DNA from: Phoronis australis
Taxonomy: Eukaryota; Animalia; Phoronida
Assembly (NCBI GenBank): GCA_002633005.1
Contig: NMRA01000309.1
Location: forward strand, 288,874 to 352,873
Direction: 5' to 3'
Length of the DNA stretch: 64,000 nt
A model generated the notes under the pieces. The model had not been told where the DNA came from and made no database searches. It saw only the letters and a program-made list of their open reading frames with translations. Positions 1 through 11,659 of this stretch are shown here, one piece after another. Each line of letters opens with the position of its first letter. Position 1 is the stretch's first letter. A program made the position numbers and the translations under genes.

Positions 1-124
1 TGCAATATCATTGGCTTGTGATACGGCATCTCATTATGTTTTGCAATATCATTGGCTTGTGATACGGCATCTCATTATGTTTTGCAATATCATTGGCTTG
101 TGATACGGCATCTCATTATGTTTT
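1..124. repeat. Tandem repeat, 42-bp unit, about 3 copies (may extend left of the window)
   Basis: Unit TGCAATATCATTGGCTTGTGATACGGCATCTCATTATGTTTT repeated perfectly. Confidence 0.95.
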
Positions 125-1407
125 GCTGGGTACTACCATTGTCTCTACTGGCAAATTTTCTGGCATACGTATTTATTTCTTTTGATTCTTTCTCATTGTG
201 CAGAATAACTAATTAAGAATTGCTTGGTAGAAAAATATACATCTGTCTACATGCTATGCCAGCAAGTGCATCTTTGATCTTGCAGTTGGAAATTCAAAAA
301 ACATAACTGCGCAACAGACAATTGATAGGTTCCATGAAACCTACGTGGTGGAGAGGTAACCTTCCAAACAAAAGCAATAAACTGTTAAATGCCCATTTAG
401 CACAATGTATAAACAATATGTGCAATTAACATCAGCAAGAAAGTAGAGCCCAAACTAAAACAACATTTAGTTTGAAAGAAGTTTCTGGCGCCGTCTTTAT
501 GAATAGCAAATACCAGGTTGTCTGCCTTGACTATGGTTTTAAGAGTTATTTAATTATTTAATATTTATGAAGTAATTTACATAAAGCATTCCTTCAATGT
601 ATGGTTATTGCCATAGATGTACGTACTATCCAAGTAGTCCTAGCAATCAGGACTTGTAATTTTCCTCTTTAAAAGGATTTCCTCTTTTTCACCTTCGATT
701 TCCTCTTATTTGATTTCTAGTTTCCTCTTTCTTCATCCGTTTTTATAAATATTTTTATTCATGCAAAAACGTTTAGTTCATTTAAATTTTATAACACAGA
801 ACTATTTCTATCACACAAGTCTATTTATTTTGTGGAACGATGCATGACCTGGAAAATTTTCTTCATTTTTGTCATACATCATTCTAAGCCCTGAGCAATA
901 TTTTAGACATAGGTGTGTCAAACGATACTTAAAGTAGCCCGTTCACACCACATCACATCACCGCGGCAACACAAAACAAAAAAGGCCAGCAGTAATAGTG
1001 TTTAATAGCACTTTACAGAGTGCGACTGTTGTTCTTAGGTTTTTGAATTAACTAAGGTTTCTCGCGGTTACGTCATGTACTTAGAAAGTATGCTAATAAG
1101 ACCTCACCTTTTCGAATGTATCTGTTTATGGCACTGATGTGTCTAGTGTGCTGTTCTTAACCTATTTTAACCACTAAATGTACTTGATTTATCTCTCAAA
1201 AGATGGGCTTTAGGACTGAGCGTTGTCTTTAAGATCTCACTATCAGAATTCTTAAAATGGCCGTGTCTGCTGTTATGGTTTTCTTTTCTTGCAGTATCTA
1301 ACACAGTATTGCAGCTTCTCAATGTTATAACCACATAGTTATACAGTATGATGACTTTTGCTACATAGCGCTAACTCATGCTTGAGACTAACTGGTTTAT
1401 CTTGCAG

Positions 1408-1671
1408 CAGCGGTGATAGGCTGAACAAAGTGGACAATAAAAACATCGCTGACACATCTGACACGGAGTCTGTTATGTCATCACGGTCAAGCATTGGGTC
1501 AGTCTTGCGAAAAGGCTCCATGCCCAACATCAACCTGGGCTACCGTGGCAGTGGCCTCTTGACCTCTGACACAACTAACGCGCCTGCCACATCTGTTAAT
1601 ATCTCACCCAGTAGACGAACTAACCTTAGCACGCGTACATCTTTGTTGTCCTCGAAATCTTTAGATTGCGA
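1408..1671 (+). CDS. FHOD3: FHOD formin, probable internal (cassette) exon, Ser/Thr-rich spacer
   Basis: Acceptor ttatcttgcag, donor GA|gtgagt. 264 nt, open frame (SGDRLNKVD...KSLDC), phase 2-2, joins exon 2169 in frame. No recognisable domain, so supported by splice signals and phase only. Confidence 0.65.
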
Positions 1672-2168
1672 GTGAGTAGTCTGATGCATGTATTCATTTC
1701 TTGTCTTTCTTTTTGTTCCTTGATGAAGAAATTTGATAAAATAGACATTTTTGTTGTTTGTTGTATATATCTAATTCAGAAGTTACTGACCGAATGTCTA
1801 GATTGTCATAGTGTAGCGAAACCTGCATTTGTGGGCTTCATGCTATGGACGTAGTTAGTAGTCACCCTTATGATAAATCACTACTCACCCTTATGATAAA
1901 TGTGTGGTTATTAGTTCAGTACCTCTCTCACTCATCATGCATGTGTTGTGGCTTGCATTTCGACAGAATTTTGCACCAATTTTCAAATTTCACCTCTGAA
2001 TTTCTTATCTAGTTTATTACTTTCGCACATTCTTTACTGGCAAGTGTCATGAACGTGGAAGAGTCGCACCAAGTTAGTTCTTGAACTCTCTAAGCGCCGT
2101 GTTTAATGCTCTTGCTTAGCACCAGCAGTGTCGCAGTTGCCTTAATGCTATGTTGGCTTTCCCTTCAG

Positions 2169-2299
2169 TGCTCGTCAAGCAGAACGGGAGGGCCACAGCC
2201 CTTCACCAGCCGAGACCCCGGGTCAGTCGTCCTTGTACCGACGGCGGCAGGAACGAGCTATGCAGAATGAAAAGGCTGTCAACGGAGACCAAACTGCAA
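2169..2299 (+). CDS. FHOD3: FHOD formin internal exon (ARQAEREGHSPSPAETPGQSSLYRRRQERAMQNEKAVNGDQTA)
   Basis: Acceptor ctttcccttcag, donor A|gtgagt. Phase 2 to 1, compatible with the exons at 6054 and 7320. GC-rich relative to flanks. Confidence 0.75.
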
Positions 2300-2562
2300 G
2301 TGAGTCTTTTGTTGAAACGAACACTAAACACGGTTTGAGTACTGAAAGATGTCAACTGCAGCTAAATTGATGCTTAGAAAGGGTGCGAGTTGTTACAAAG
2401 CATTGATGACTGGTCACATGGGAGCCATGACTCCTGCTGACACCTGGTTGTTGGTGTAGCGTACTTGTCCACATTAATGTTCGCTGTTGAGCTAAGCATG
2501 TGTTTAAAAGAATTTTTTGGATGATTGGGTTAATGACCAGAGAGGTGCATTTACGTAAGTTA

Positions 2563-4376
2563 CCGTAATCGTTCGGGTTAACGCCCTGGGCGGTTAAATT
2601 GGCAAATCCAAAAAATCGGGGGAGGGCGGTTAACCGAGCAGTGGGCGGTTAAATCGAAAATCCACCTAAAGTAGGGGATGGGCGGTTAACTGAACATGGG
2701 CGCTTATTACGACATACAACCGCCCTGGGCGGTTAATCTTACCTGACGATCTAAATCCCGACACGACAATCATACTCGGAACGCGTAGCCCTTTTCAAAG
2801 AGCTTTATCGTCACGTCGCCAAATGACAGTGAAAACGTCATAACAGCAGATGATCCCAACAAAGGTTCTCTTGCCCAGATTAGTCATTCACTATTAAATT
2901 TACAAAATTGCTGAGTAATAGCCCCGTGCCGTCCTGCGGTGCGCAGACGACCAGTCACCACGCAGCCTCCACTAGAATTAAACTGTTTCAATTAAGATGT
3001 GACCCTGCTTAAGTGCGCGCGTGCNNNNNNNNNNNNNNNNNNNNNNNNNNNNNNNNNNNNNNNNNNNNNNNNNNNNNNNNNNNNNNNNNNNNNNNNNNNN
3101 NNNNNNNNNNNNNNNNNNNNNNNNNNNNNNNNNNNNNNNNNNNNNNNNNNNNNNNNNNNNNNNNNNNNNNNNNNNNNNNNNNNNNNNNNNNNNNNNNNNN
3201 NNNNNNNNNNNNNNNNNNNNNNNNNNNNNNNNNNNNNNNNNNNNNNNNNNNNNNNNNNNNNNNNNNNNNNNNNNNNNNNNNNNNNNNNNNNNNNNNNNNN
3301 NNNNNNNNNGTCAAGTCTATTCCCATATTTCCCGGCTCGATGCTCCCTAAGCCCATCCCTGTAACTAGCTGCGTGAATCTCCTACCCACTATCGTCAAGC
3401 AGTCTACGTCGTAGATATTTCAGTCTCGAATGGTAAGAATTTTTGTTCAGTCTGAAAATGGCCAATGTATAAACAAAATTATTCTGGATGGCTAAAAAGG
3501 GGATGTGGAAACGATAATTCACACAGTCACGCTTACATGGGGGCTGACGCAAGAAATAGTAAAGAACAGCCAGCGACATTAGTTAAGTCTGCTAACCAGT
3601 TTGACTGAGATGCAATAAGCGAAAAACAAAATTTGACTAGCCGTTTTTTATTACTTCAAGATCATACACAAACATACATTATTGCCAACGTTTGCTTCAG
3701 AAATCGACAGGCAGCAACGAAATCGGTAACCCAGTAAGGCACTTGTACCGTCCGTTCGCTCGCCCCACATCCTCTATAACCCGGCAGTTATATTCATCAA
3801 AATATTGAGAATTTGACATCTTTCCGTGAGATTTGTTCAAAATACGAGAGCAAAACCATTGTCACATTTCTCTGGCCTGGTTTTTTCGAATGTATGTTTT
3901 ATTTAGTGCACTGCAGACGGAAACTTAGCGCGGCAGACAAAGTCGCTGAAAGCGGAGGTTTTGACGCCGGCGGCGTTCTTAAACTTGGCAAACAAGGGAA
4001 GAAAATAAAGTGACAAAAAGGTTCAAGTATTATATTTTGAAGTGAGTTCATGACCCAAGACAATAACTCGTTACCTGTATTGTAATTCAGATTGCTAAAC
4101 CACCGTCTCGGAGTCCCGGTGTCGTTGCACTCCGATTGTGATCATCGATCTTTTTCTAAAAGTTGGGGAATCGCGTGTTTCCTTAGCAATAGGCGCTAAA
4201 TCTTCATTCTTTAAAAGTCGGGGATGGGGGCTTAACCGAGAGGTGGGCGCTTAACTGGAAATCTTCAAAAATCGCAGGGGGCGCTTAACTGAGCAGTGGG
4301 CGGTTAAATCGAAAATCCACTTAAAGTCGGGGATGGGCGGTTAACTGAGCATGGGCGTTAACCCGAACGATTACGG
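2563..4376. mobile_element. Non-autonomous Tc1/mariner(pogo)-like DNA transposon, copy 1
   Basis: Perfect 24-bp TIRs CCGTAATCGTTCGGGTTAACGCCC / GGGCGTTAACCCGAACGATTACGG flanked by TA on both sides. Subterminal GGGCG(G/C)TTAA repeats. Homologous to 56845-59356 and 63108-64000. Contains N gap 3025-3309. Confidence 0.9.
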
Positions 4377-6053
4377 TACTTGTTGTGTATGAGTTAGTCT
4401 AAATAAGGAATTTGCTGAATGCAGGCAGCGTGTTGCTTGTTAGTTGTAAACAAGTCAATTGTGGCCATTTTGGGAGCTGAAATGAGTAATCGCTCTTTGT
4501 GGTTAATTAACGAGCTATAAGTCCCGACTGTACATGAATCAAGGGTGGCATGTAACTGAACATTTGCATGAAAATGGGAATGTGAGAAGAGTACAGTAGG
4601 TTGATCTACTTCACAGTTCTAGGTGAAACATGGGGACAAATTCACTGTAAATTGAGGCTAATACCAGTTATCACTGGTCTGCTATGATCAATCGTCATTG
4701 CTTTGAGATAATCTCTCCAACAGTTTTCGTCTACTGAGCTCTCTCATGATGAAAACCCCTTGTGGACATTTTTCTGCAAACTGATTTGTATCATTTTTTT
4801 GCAGTTAACGTCTTGTAATATGCAATTCCAAGTTGAACACTATTCTGATGTTGGGTTGGATTGTTGACAAGTGGTTAAAACTTCAACTTGAATGGGTGTT
4901 GGGTTTCAGGGAGCTTACATGTAGCATCTCGTTAAGTGACCTGGTATTCAGTTTACCTTGACCTGATGACACGGACATTAATAACGTCTGCCCTGTGATT
5001 GGCTGGATTAACTTGCATAGCTATGGTGTTACACCAGTACAGTGTGCTCGATGTTGGGCTGTTGAGTGAAGGATGTGTGTATGTGTACTTGGGGCTTTAT
5101 ACTACAGACTGTTGGAACACTTGCTCGCGTTCATTCCCAGGGGACTGTTGTTCATTGTTCACTCGTTCATTTAACTTGTATGAGAGTAGAGTAGTCTCTG
5201 CTTGACATTCCAGTCCATTATTGAATTACAATTTGGAAAGGCATGCTAACTGACATATCAAGAAAAATTCTTAAGCAGGAAGAGGTAAAATGGAGATTTC
5301 AAAGTGATATGGATGTAGTTTGACTGACATCTGTTGACGAGCTGACTGGCTACTTAGTTGAAATTTTGCTGCTACTTTGTTACAACACTGTTGTTGTTTG
5401 TGAATAACCGTTTTTGATCATTAAGATTAAGGGAGGGGTGATGGTGCATTATTTTTCTTCAATTTTTTATTGCCATTAATAAAACATACATGCATGTATG
5501 AAGAAATGACTAATGACTAATTTGACACATATGCAAACACACATTTTGAGATCTGAAGTTAAATTAAAACCAAAGACTAGCTAATATTATCACAATCGTA
5601 TTCTTGAGATTGCAAATCGAACTTTTTTGAGCTTTTCTTGTATTAAGTCGCATACTTTGTGGCATGTTACTTTCCTTTTTTGTCTCTGAATACAATCTTC
5701 AATGGCTTTAGCTAAATCTTAATTAAATTTTCTGTAAACTATTTCATAAAGAAACTTCTTATTATTATTCTTTATTTCTAATTATCGTGCTGGTTATTTC
5801 ATATTTTAAATTTTCATCTGAGTTTGGAAAAGCCGTAATTTTTTGCCTCAGTCTGCATGTTGTCCTGTCGTGGATGCAACTTGGAATGGCTGCTTTTCCT
5901 TCTACTCAATGCTTATCAAACCAGCCAGGTGAGTATGTAGCGTCATCCAGACAGGGCAACATGGCTACCATTCTGTTCAGCTGGCTAACTGCTTGTTCAG
6001 TGCATGACTTGCATGCTGGGGATGACATGTGCCCTTCTTGCTATTGTTTGCAG

Positions 6054-6383
6054 CCGCGTCGAGTGCGACGCGAACCCGTCGCGAGCAGCGACGCGAACGG
6101 CAGCGTTCACTGCTTGTTGAACAAGAAGCTGCCAAGGAAATTGCTGCTAAAGTGCAAGAGAACTGTCGTGTCGAGGAGAAGCAGGTTGAACGATGGTCAA
6201 ACGATCGCAAAACAGAGTGCGGCGATGCAGAGACAAAGACTTTAAAAACTGAGTGCAATCTTAAACAGCAGAATGGCCACACGGACTCCCGAGTGTCAGC
6301 CACGAGTGTGGACTCGCGCGACAGTGGAAGTAGTGCAATTACGCCAAGTTTCGTATGTACAGTAAGCGACAGTGATGGTCTAG
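6054..6383 (+). CDS. FHOD3: FHOD formin, probable cassette exon with charged coiled-coil-like segment (TRREQRRERQRSLLVEQEAAKEIAAK...)
   Basis: Acceptor ttgtttgcag, donor CTAG|gtaaga. 330 nt, phase 1-1, open frame. Confidence 0.75.
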
Positions 6384-7319
6384 GTAAGAGCTGGGGTGTC
6401 CGTCGTGTGCTCGGATATCTGTCTGGGCCAGGCTTATCACTGTAACACAGCTGTTAACCATGCTAGCTTTGATACAACTAATGTACTGTACCGCATGCTT
6501 CTTACTAATAGGGGGTCTCTCTCCCGTAGCAGTGTGTGACGGGACAACATTCTGAGGACAGATAGTTCACTGGGTTATATAGCCGTATCATTCTCCCCAA
6601 TATTAAACTGAAGCCCATTAGTAAACCGGGTAGAAACTATTTTCTTGTGCTCAAGTAGGGTCAACATTAATTATGATGATGGCAGTTAAGTTGGTTTATT
6701 GTTCTTAAAACTATAGCTGTGTTCAGATTAACTAAACCCTGTTGCAACTCTTTGTATAGTTGACACCATTGTCACCTACTGAGTTACAACTTTTGCAACT
6801 GTTGTGCTCACACAGAGTTACACTGGTTATAATATCTCGCTAAACTATTATAATGGAGGGTTACGACCATACTACACTTACAACTAGTGATGGACGAATA
6901 TGACGTGCATGCATTTTGAGAACCAGTTTTCTCCACTGAATAACGGGCATCAGACTTGTTCTCAAAATATAGGCACGTTATATCCGACCATTGCACTTAC
7001 AAACTTTTAAAGCCCGTTTTAAAATGTTCAGACCGAGAAGTACAACATTTAATGTGTTTTATAAGTGTGTTGGTGTGAACAGGGTATATCTCTCTCGTGT
7101 GTGGATCTCAGGAAACAGAATCCCATTTATACTTTGCTCTATAAGTTATGTACTGATATCTTTACCATGACTTAAGTCTTCTAGTGTAATTATTAGTGAT
7201 GGCTGTCCATGGTAGTCAAAACATTTTGGAACAATGTGTGTTCAATTGTGAAATTGAGATGAAGGCAGTTTTCATTGTGTTGGCTTGTTTTGTGACTAAT
7301 ACTGACGTTATTGTTTTAG

Positions 7320-8440
7320 ACGACTCTCTTGTTGGACGCAGGATGAAAAAATATGGTGGTGCTGAACCACGCCAACATCACGGGTCAGCTGAATCCGGTT
7401 ACCAGAGTCCGTCAGACACCGCCAACAACAAGCGCGACTCGGGCTATATGAGTCTCGGTCGCAACCAACAACAACCCACGCTGGAACTCAAGAATAATGC
7501 CAAGAACGAATCTCTCAATGCAAGTACGCCAGGTGGGCGCTCGCCAATGGACGTTTCACCGAAAACACCAGGAATCTCAAATAACCGCCGGTGGATGCTC
7601 TACAGAATGTCAAAGGCGAGTATGGAGGCACCAGAGCAAGATCAGGCAGAGAGTCACACGGAGGAGGCACACCGCATCCTCTCACAGCAGGAGAAGTTGG
7701 ACGATCGCAAAAGTCAGTTGGAGAAACAACAGCAGGATGAGAGTAGCAGGACAAGTCGAACGGAAGATCCGCAGAACAAAGGCAATGTACACAGCATCGC
7801 GGATAAATTGAAGGCTCAAAAGACGGCATATGGCGTGGCGCCTGAGAGCAGATCACCACAGGGTCTTGGTGGCACTGTTTCCTCAGCGAGAGACAATTTG
7901 ATGAAAAAGCAGCAGCCTGGGAGGGGTCCAGAACGACCAGCACCTGTGCAGAACCAATCATCTGTCGTTAAGTCTGAAACGGACCTTATGTGGGACAATA
8001 TTCATGCAACAATGAGTCGCACTTTGAAAATCCGAGACATGGACTTTACAGATCTGCGTATGGAGGACGATCATAACCCTCTAGTGATTGCTGCTCCAAC
8101 TGTGAGCGGTGTCCCTCCGCCTCCCCCACCAGGTGGTGTACCCCCTCCCCCGCCTGCTCCACCCGGAGTGCCGCCACCGCCTCCCATGTGCGGTGCCCCT
8201 CCACCACCCCCTCCTTCATTTGGTGCGCCACCCCCACCTTCGCTTTCTGGTGCTAACACCATCAAGAAGAACAAAAAGACAGTGCGTCTCCACTGGCGTG
8301 AAGTGAAAGACAACCCAATGATGTCAACGGCAGTGAACAAGAACACCGGCACCATCTGGGAGAAACTGACCAAGGTCAAGGTTGACACGGAGAAACTGGA
8401 ACATCTGTTTGAGAATAGGACGAATGAACTGAAGGCTAAG
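7320..8440 (+). CDS. FHOD3: FHOD formin large exon: spacer, LKIRDMDFTDL motif, poly-Pro FH1 and start of FH2 (KKTVRLHW...LEHLFE)
   Basis: Acceptor ttgttttag, donor AAG|gttagt. Multiple PPPPP tracts. Motifs match FHOD1/3 and Drosophila Fhos as recalled. Confidence 0.95.
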
Positions 8441-8684
8441 GTTAGTCGCTCTGTCTATGCTGGTCTGTCTAGTTACGTCTTGCATTCAGTTCTGGGTTTA
8501 TTTATAAGCTTGCCACTGAATAACCACCATGGTGTTTGCTGTTGTACTTTAACTTGGGGTTTTTGGACAATGCCATGAAACCAAATAGTTTTGTGCGTGT
8601 AGAATAACATGTTTAATCTAGTTCTTTCGATTTTTTCTCTCTGACTCATGATTACTACACAGTTCTTAGGCTTAGACCTCAAAA

Positions 8685-9180
8685 GGCCCTTTCATATTGA
8701 CTTAACTCCGGTCTGAGCAGGGCGTTGATGTAAACGGTGCAGTTAACTGGACCGTTCATACGGGCTTCGGTAGTTGATGGGCATCAAAGTAAACGGGAGG
8801 TGACGCTGTCATCATCGAAGTTATCACAAGGTAGCGATACACGCTGAAATTTTTTTCAGTGTGACAATTTGGGAACATTTACATGTGCTAATTGACATTT
8901 AACTTATTTTTAAATCGATTGGTTATTATTAGAGCAAAATATAAGCAGTTATTGGTGACGGCACTACCCTGTAATTATTGAGGATAACTGGTGATAACTT
9001 CGATTGGACCGACGTTAACCGTTCATACTGCACCGCAGCGTCGTCGCTGCTTTGCTAAATCCACCTGTTAACTGCGATGTTAACTGGAGCTGTTAACTTC
9101 GATCCAGGACCGGAGTTAAGCGTTCGTACTGACCGCAGCTCTCCAAACCATCGACTCGTCGACTTTAGTATGAAAGGTCC
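8685..9180. mobile_element. PIF/Harbinger-like MITE
   Basis: TIRs GGCCCTTTCATATT / AGTATGAAAGGTCC, internal inverted pair CTTAACTCCGGTC (8701) / GACCGGAGTTAAG (9108), TAA on the right flank. Confidence 0.7.
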
Positions 9181-9821
9181 TAAAGTCTCTTTGGTTGGGT
9201 CACACAGTAGTAATTGAACCACAGTTGAGCCCAAAATATAACTTTTTCAGTCCTGGCTGGAAAGTGTTGGAACTCCTTGAACATACTGTTCGTAGATTAA
9301 TCATGCTGCTAATTTATGTGTTGTTTTAAACAGATACACATTCTAACATGTTTGGCTTGCGCCACTGAAATCTTGTCTACCAAGCTGCTGCTTTGTGGCT
9401 GTCAGTTTTTAAACTGGTGCTTCATAGAACAGTTCTATAATGCAGTGCTAAGTATGGCACATAATTTAATGTAACAGTTTTTTTTGTTTTTTAGACTTTA
9501 CCACATGTGAGTAAATGTTAGAATCTGGATGTCGAGTTCTGTCAAACTTTTGACCATCAACTCTTTCTATATCTTCAGATGTTTTTAATCTTCTTGGAAT
9601 GCATGTCTCAACAATATATGCTGCACCAAGCTTTATTATCGTTACCATGGCAAATAGTTGTTGTTCAAGCTTGCTGTTGGCTTCTAGCATTGATACGCGT
9701 TAGCAATTGACAAACAACAATTCCTTCTGTCGCCAAGGATGAAGTTGTAATTGTATTTGGTTGTTTTTATTTTTCATCTGCTGCATGTTGCTGCCTTTGA
9801 TCGCATGTCTTCGTCTCATAG

Positions 9822-9827
9822 GACCCG
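9822..9827 (+). CDS. FHOD3: Candidate 6-nt microexon (Asp-Pro) in the FH2 linker
   Basis: tcttcgtctcatag|GACCCG|gtaagt. Phase 0-0 inside a phase-0 intron, with (T)GCATG motifs upstream. Confidence 0.55.
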
Positions 9828-11506
9828 GTAAGTCAGATGCGTGCCCTCCAAGTCTACCCTTCTCTTTTCTCACCCTTTCTGGGCTCCCTTCTCTCACTCT
9901 AGCTACGTCTCGCGTTGTCCTTGCACCGTGTTCCATTGCTGTTGGTCTAGACGACAGACTTGTTCGTTCGGGGCCCCACCCCTTCACGGTGTCTTTATTT
10001 GCTTGCTTGGTTATTGACATGTTAACCTTTCAACTTTGCAAAAAGATTCTAATTATGGAAATTAATTGATTCGTCTAATAGGGAACAACTGACTTGATGG
10101 TTTGTTAAAGCTGCATTAATTCTGTGTTCTGTCAAGTGAGCGATCTTTTGATTTAGACCACTTACCGCTGTAAAAGAGGTTTCAATATGTTCTTTACTTG
10201 GGTGAGAAGTGAGTTTGGTGACTATGTCTTCTTAGTAAATTTAGCAAAAAAGAAAGATACATTCATGACAAAATAATGTCATCAGTAACAAACTTCGTTT
10301 GATATTTCTGTTCAATGATCTCAAAAATGCTGTAACATACAGTTTTCTAAATTGTCATTTCGTTTTCGTTTTATGCAACTTTTGGAAATTGTAAAAGTCC
10401 TATTTTTGATTGTCCCTCGTGCAAAAAGGGAGCATTTTGAAAACAATTCTCAACAGCGTGTTGGAAAAGTGTTTTAGCATAGTGTATGAAGGTTTCATAT
10501 GAATCTGGTCAGTCATTCCTGAGATATTGTGTTCTGATATTAGCCAAATTTGGCCATTTTTCTAGGCTTGTACGTGTCACAATAATGGTTTAGTGGAAGC
10601 ACAAAGACCATTTTCTTTTCCTGTTCTCTTCACTGTGTCCATGTGGTGTGACCTGCACAGATATCCTCTCACTGCTGTCACTTCCCATCTATTTTTCTCA
10701 CTAAAAATAAGTTTCCTAGACCAGCACCTTTGTTATCTTCAGACACCTAGCCTGTCTTTCCTGTCGTATTTAGTTTTCTTGTCTTCTGACTGTACTCTTT
10801 CTAATATCTTTACCGTGAAGTTCTCTTGTTAAGTCAGTTTTCGTCACACAGTTGTTTTCTTTTAATCCATGCATTTTTATGGTTTACGCTTCGTGAAAAT
10901 AGCTTGCTTCATTGTTGGTGAAATTAGCATCTCGCCAAACTGTCACGTGTACACAGCCATTATTTGGGAAGTGTTCTAACACTTCACACGAACTTGCAGG
11001 CATTGAAGGTTTGAGAAAAGCTTTACCGGTCTGTACAAATTGAGCTATATGTGCCAAGTTTTGTAGCACTCTTCTTTTGCATTCATTTGATTACTGGTAC
11101 TTACACCTCTGTGTTGTTTGCATTGGGTTTTAATCTGATTAGGTGGGGGTGCATTGTGGGACTTCTTTCACATGCCATCCATGCTGTGGAACTTGAGTTT
11201 GTGAAAGTGGTTAATGGTGCGTGTTAAATTAATTGAACCAAAAGGCTCTGAGCCCTGTTTCAAAGTAATGAGAAAGTTAAGAACTAGCCTGAGTTGGAGT
11301 ATGATTGCAGAATCTTAACCAAATTGTCAGATGTGGTGAGCTGTAAGTTGGCAATACTGGCACTCGCCTGTCAACGTCTGCAGTCGTCGAACCTTTAGAT
11401 GGGCTATTAATGAACACACAAACAAATTAAAAAAATTGCGATTTTTTCAGTCAAATGGTCCCTAAGTGTTGCCTGTTTCTTCATTGCCCGTTTATTTCTA
11501 CTGTAG

Positions 11507-11659
11507 AAAGCAACAGAAGGCAAGAAGCAAATCACAGTTCTGGATTCAAAGCGATCTAATGCAATCAACATTGGCCTGACTGTTCTACCTCCTCCGAGGA
11601 CCATCAAGAATGCCATCTTGAAAATGGACAGTACTATCATGAACCGAGAGGGGATTGAG
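11507..11659 (+). CDS. FHOD3: FHOD FH2 exon (KATEGKKQITVLDSKRSNAINIGLTVLPPPRTIK...EGIE)
   Basis: ctgtag / gttggt boundaries, 153 nt, FHOD-diagnostic FH2 sequence. Confidence 0.96.

Noticed and set aside
2999-3414. ORFs spanning N runs (also 43773-44756, 54542-55093, 59217-60189)
   Set aside because: Artefacts of assembly gaps translated as X.
7196-7319. N-terminal part of the 460-aa ORF and its tail 8441-8578
   Set aside because: Intronic sequence outside the splice sites at 7320 and 8440.
7497-8388. Overlapping alternative-frame and antisense ORFs, including a Gly-rich one
   Set aside because: Shadows of the GC-rich poly-Pro FH1 exon.
9903-9988. Further acceptor-like sites after the CT-rich tract (9902, 9950)
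   Set aside because: One runs into an in-frame TAG and the other has no phase-compatible strong donor. A poison exon cannot be excluded but is unsupported.
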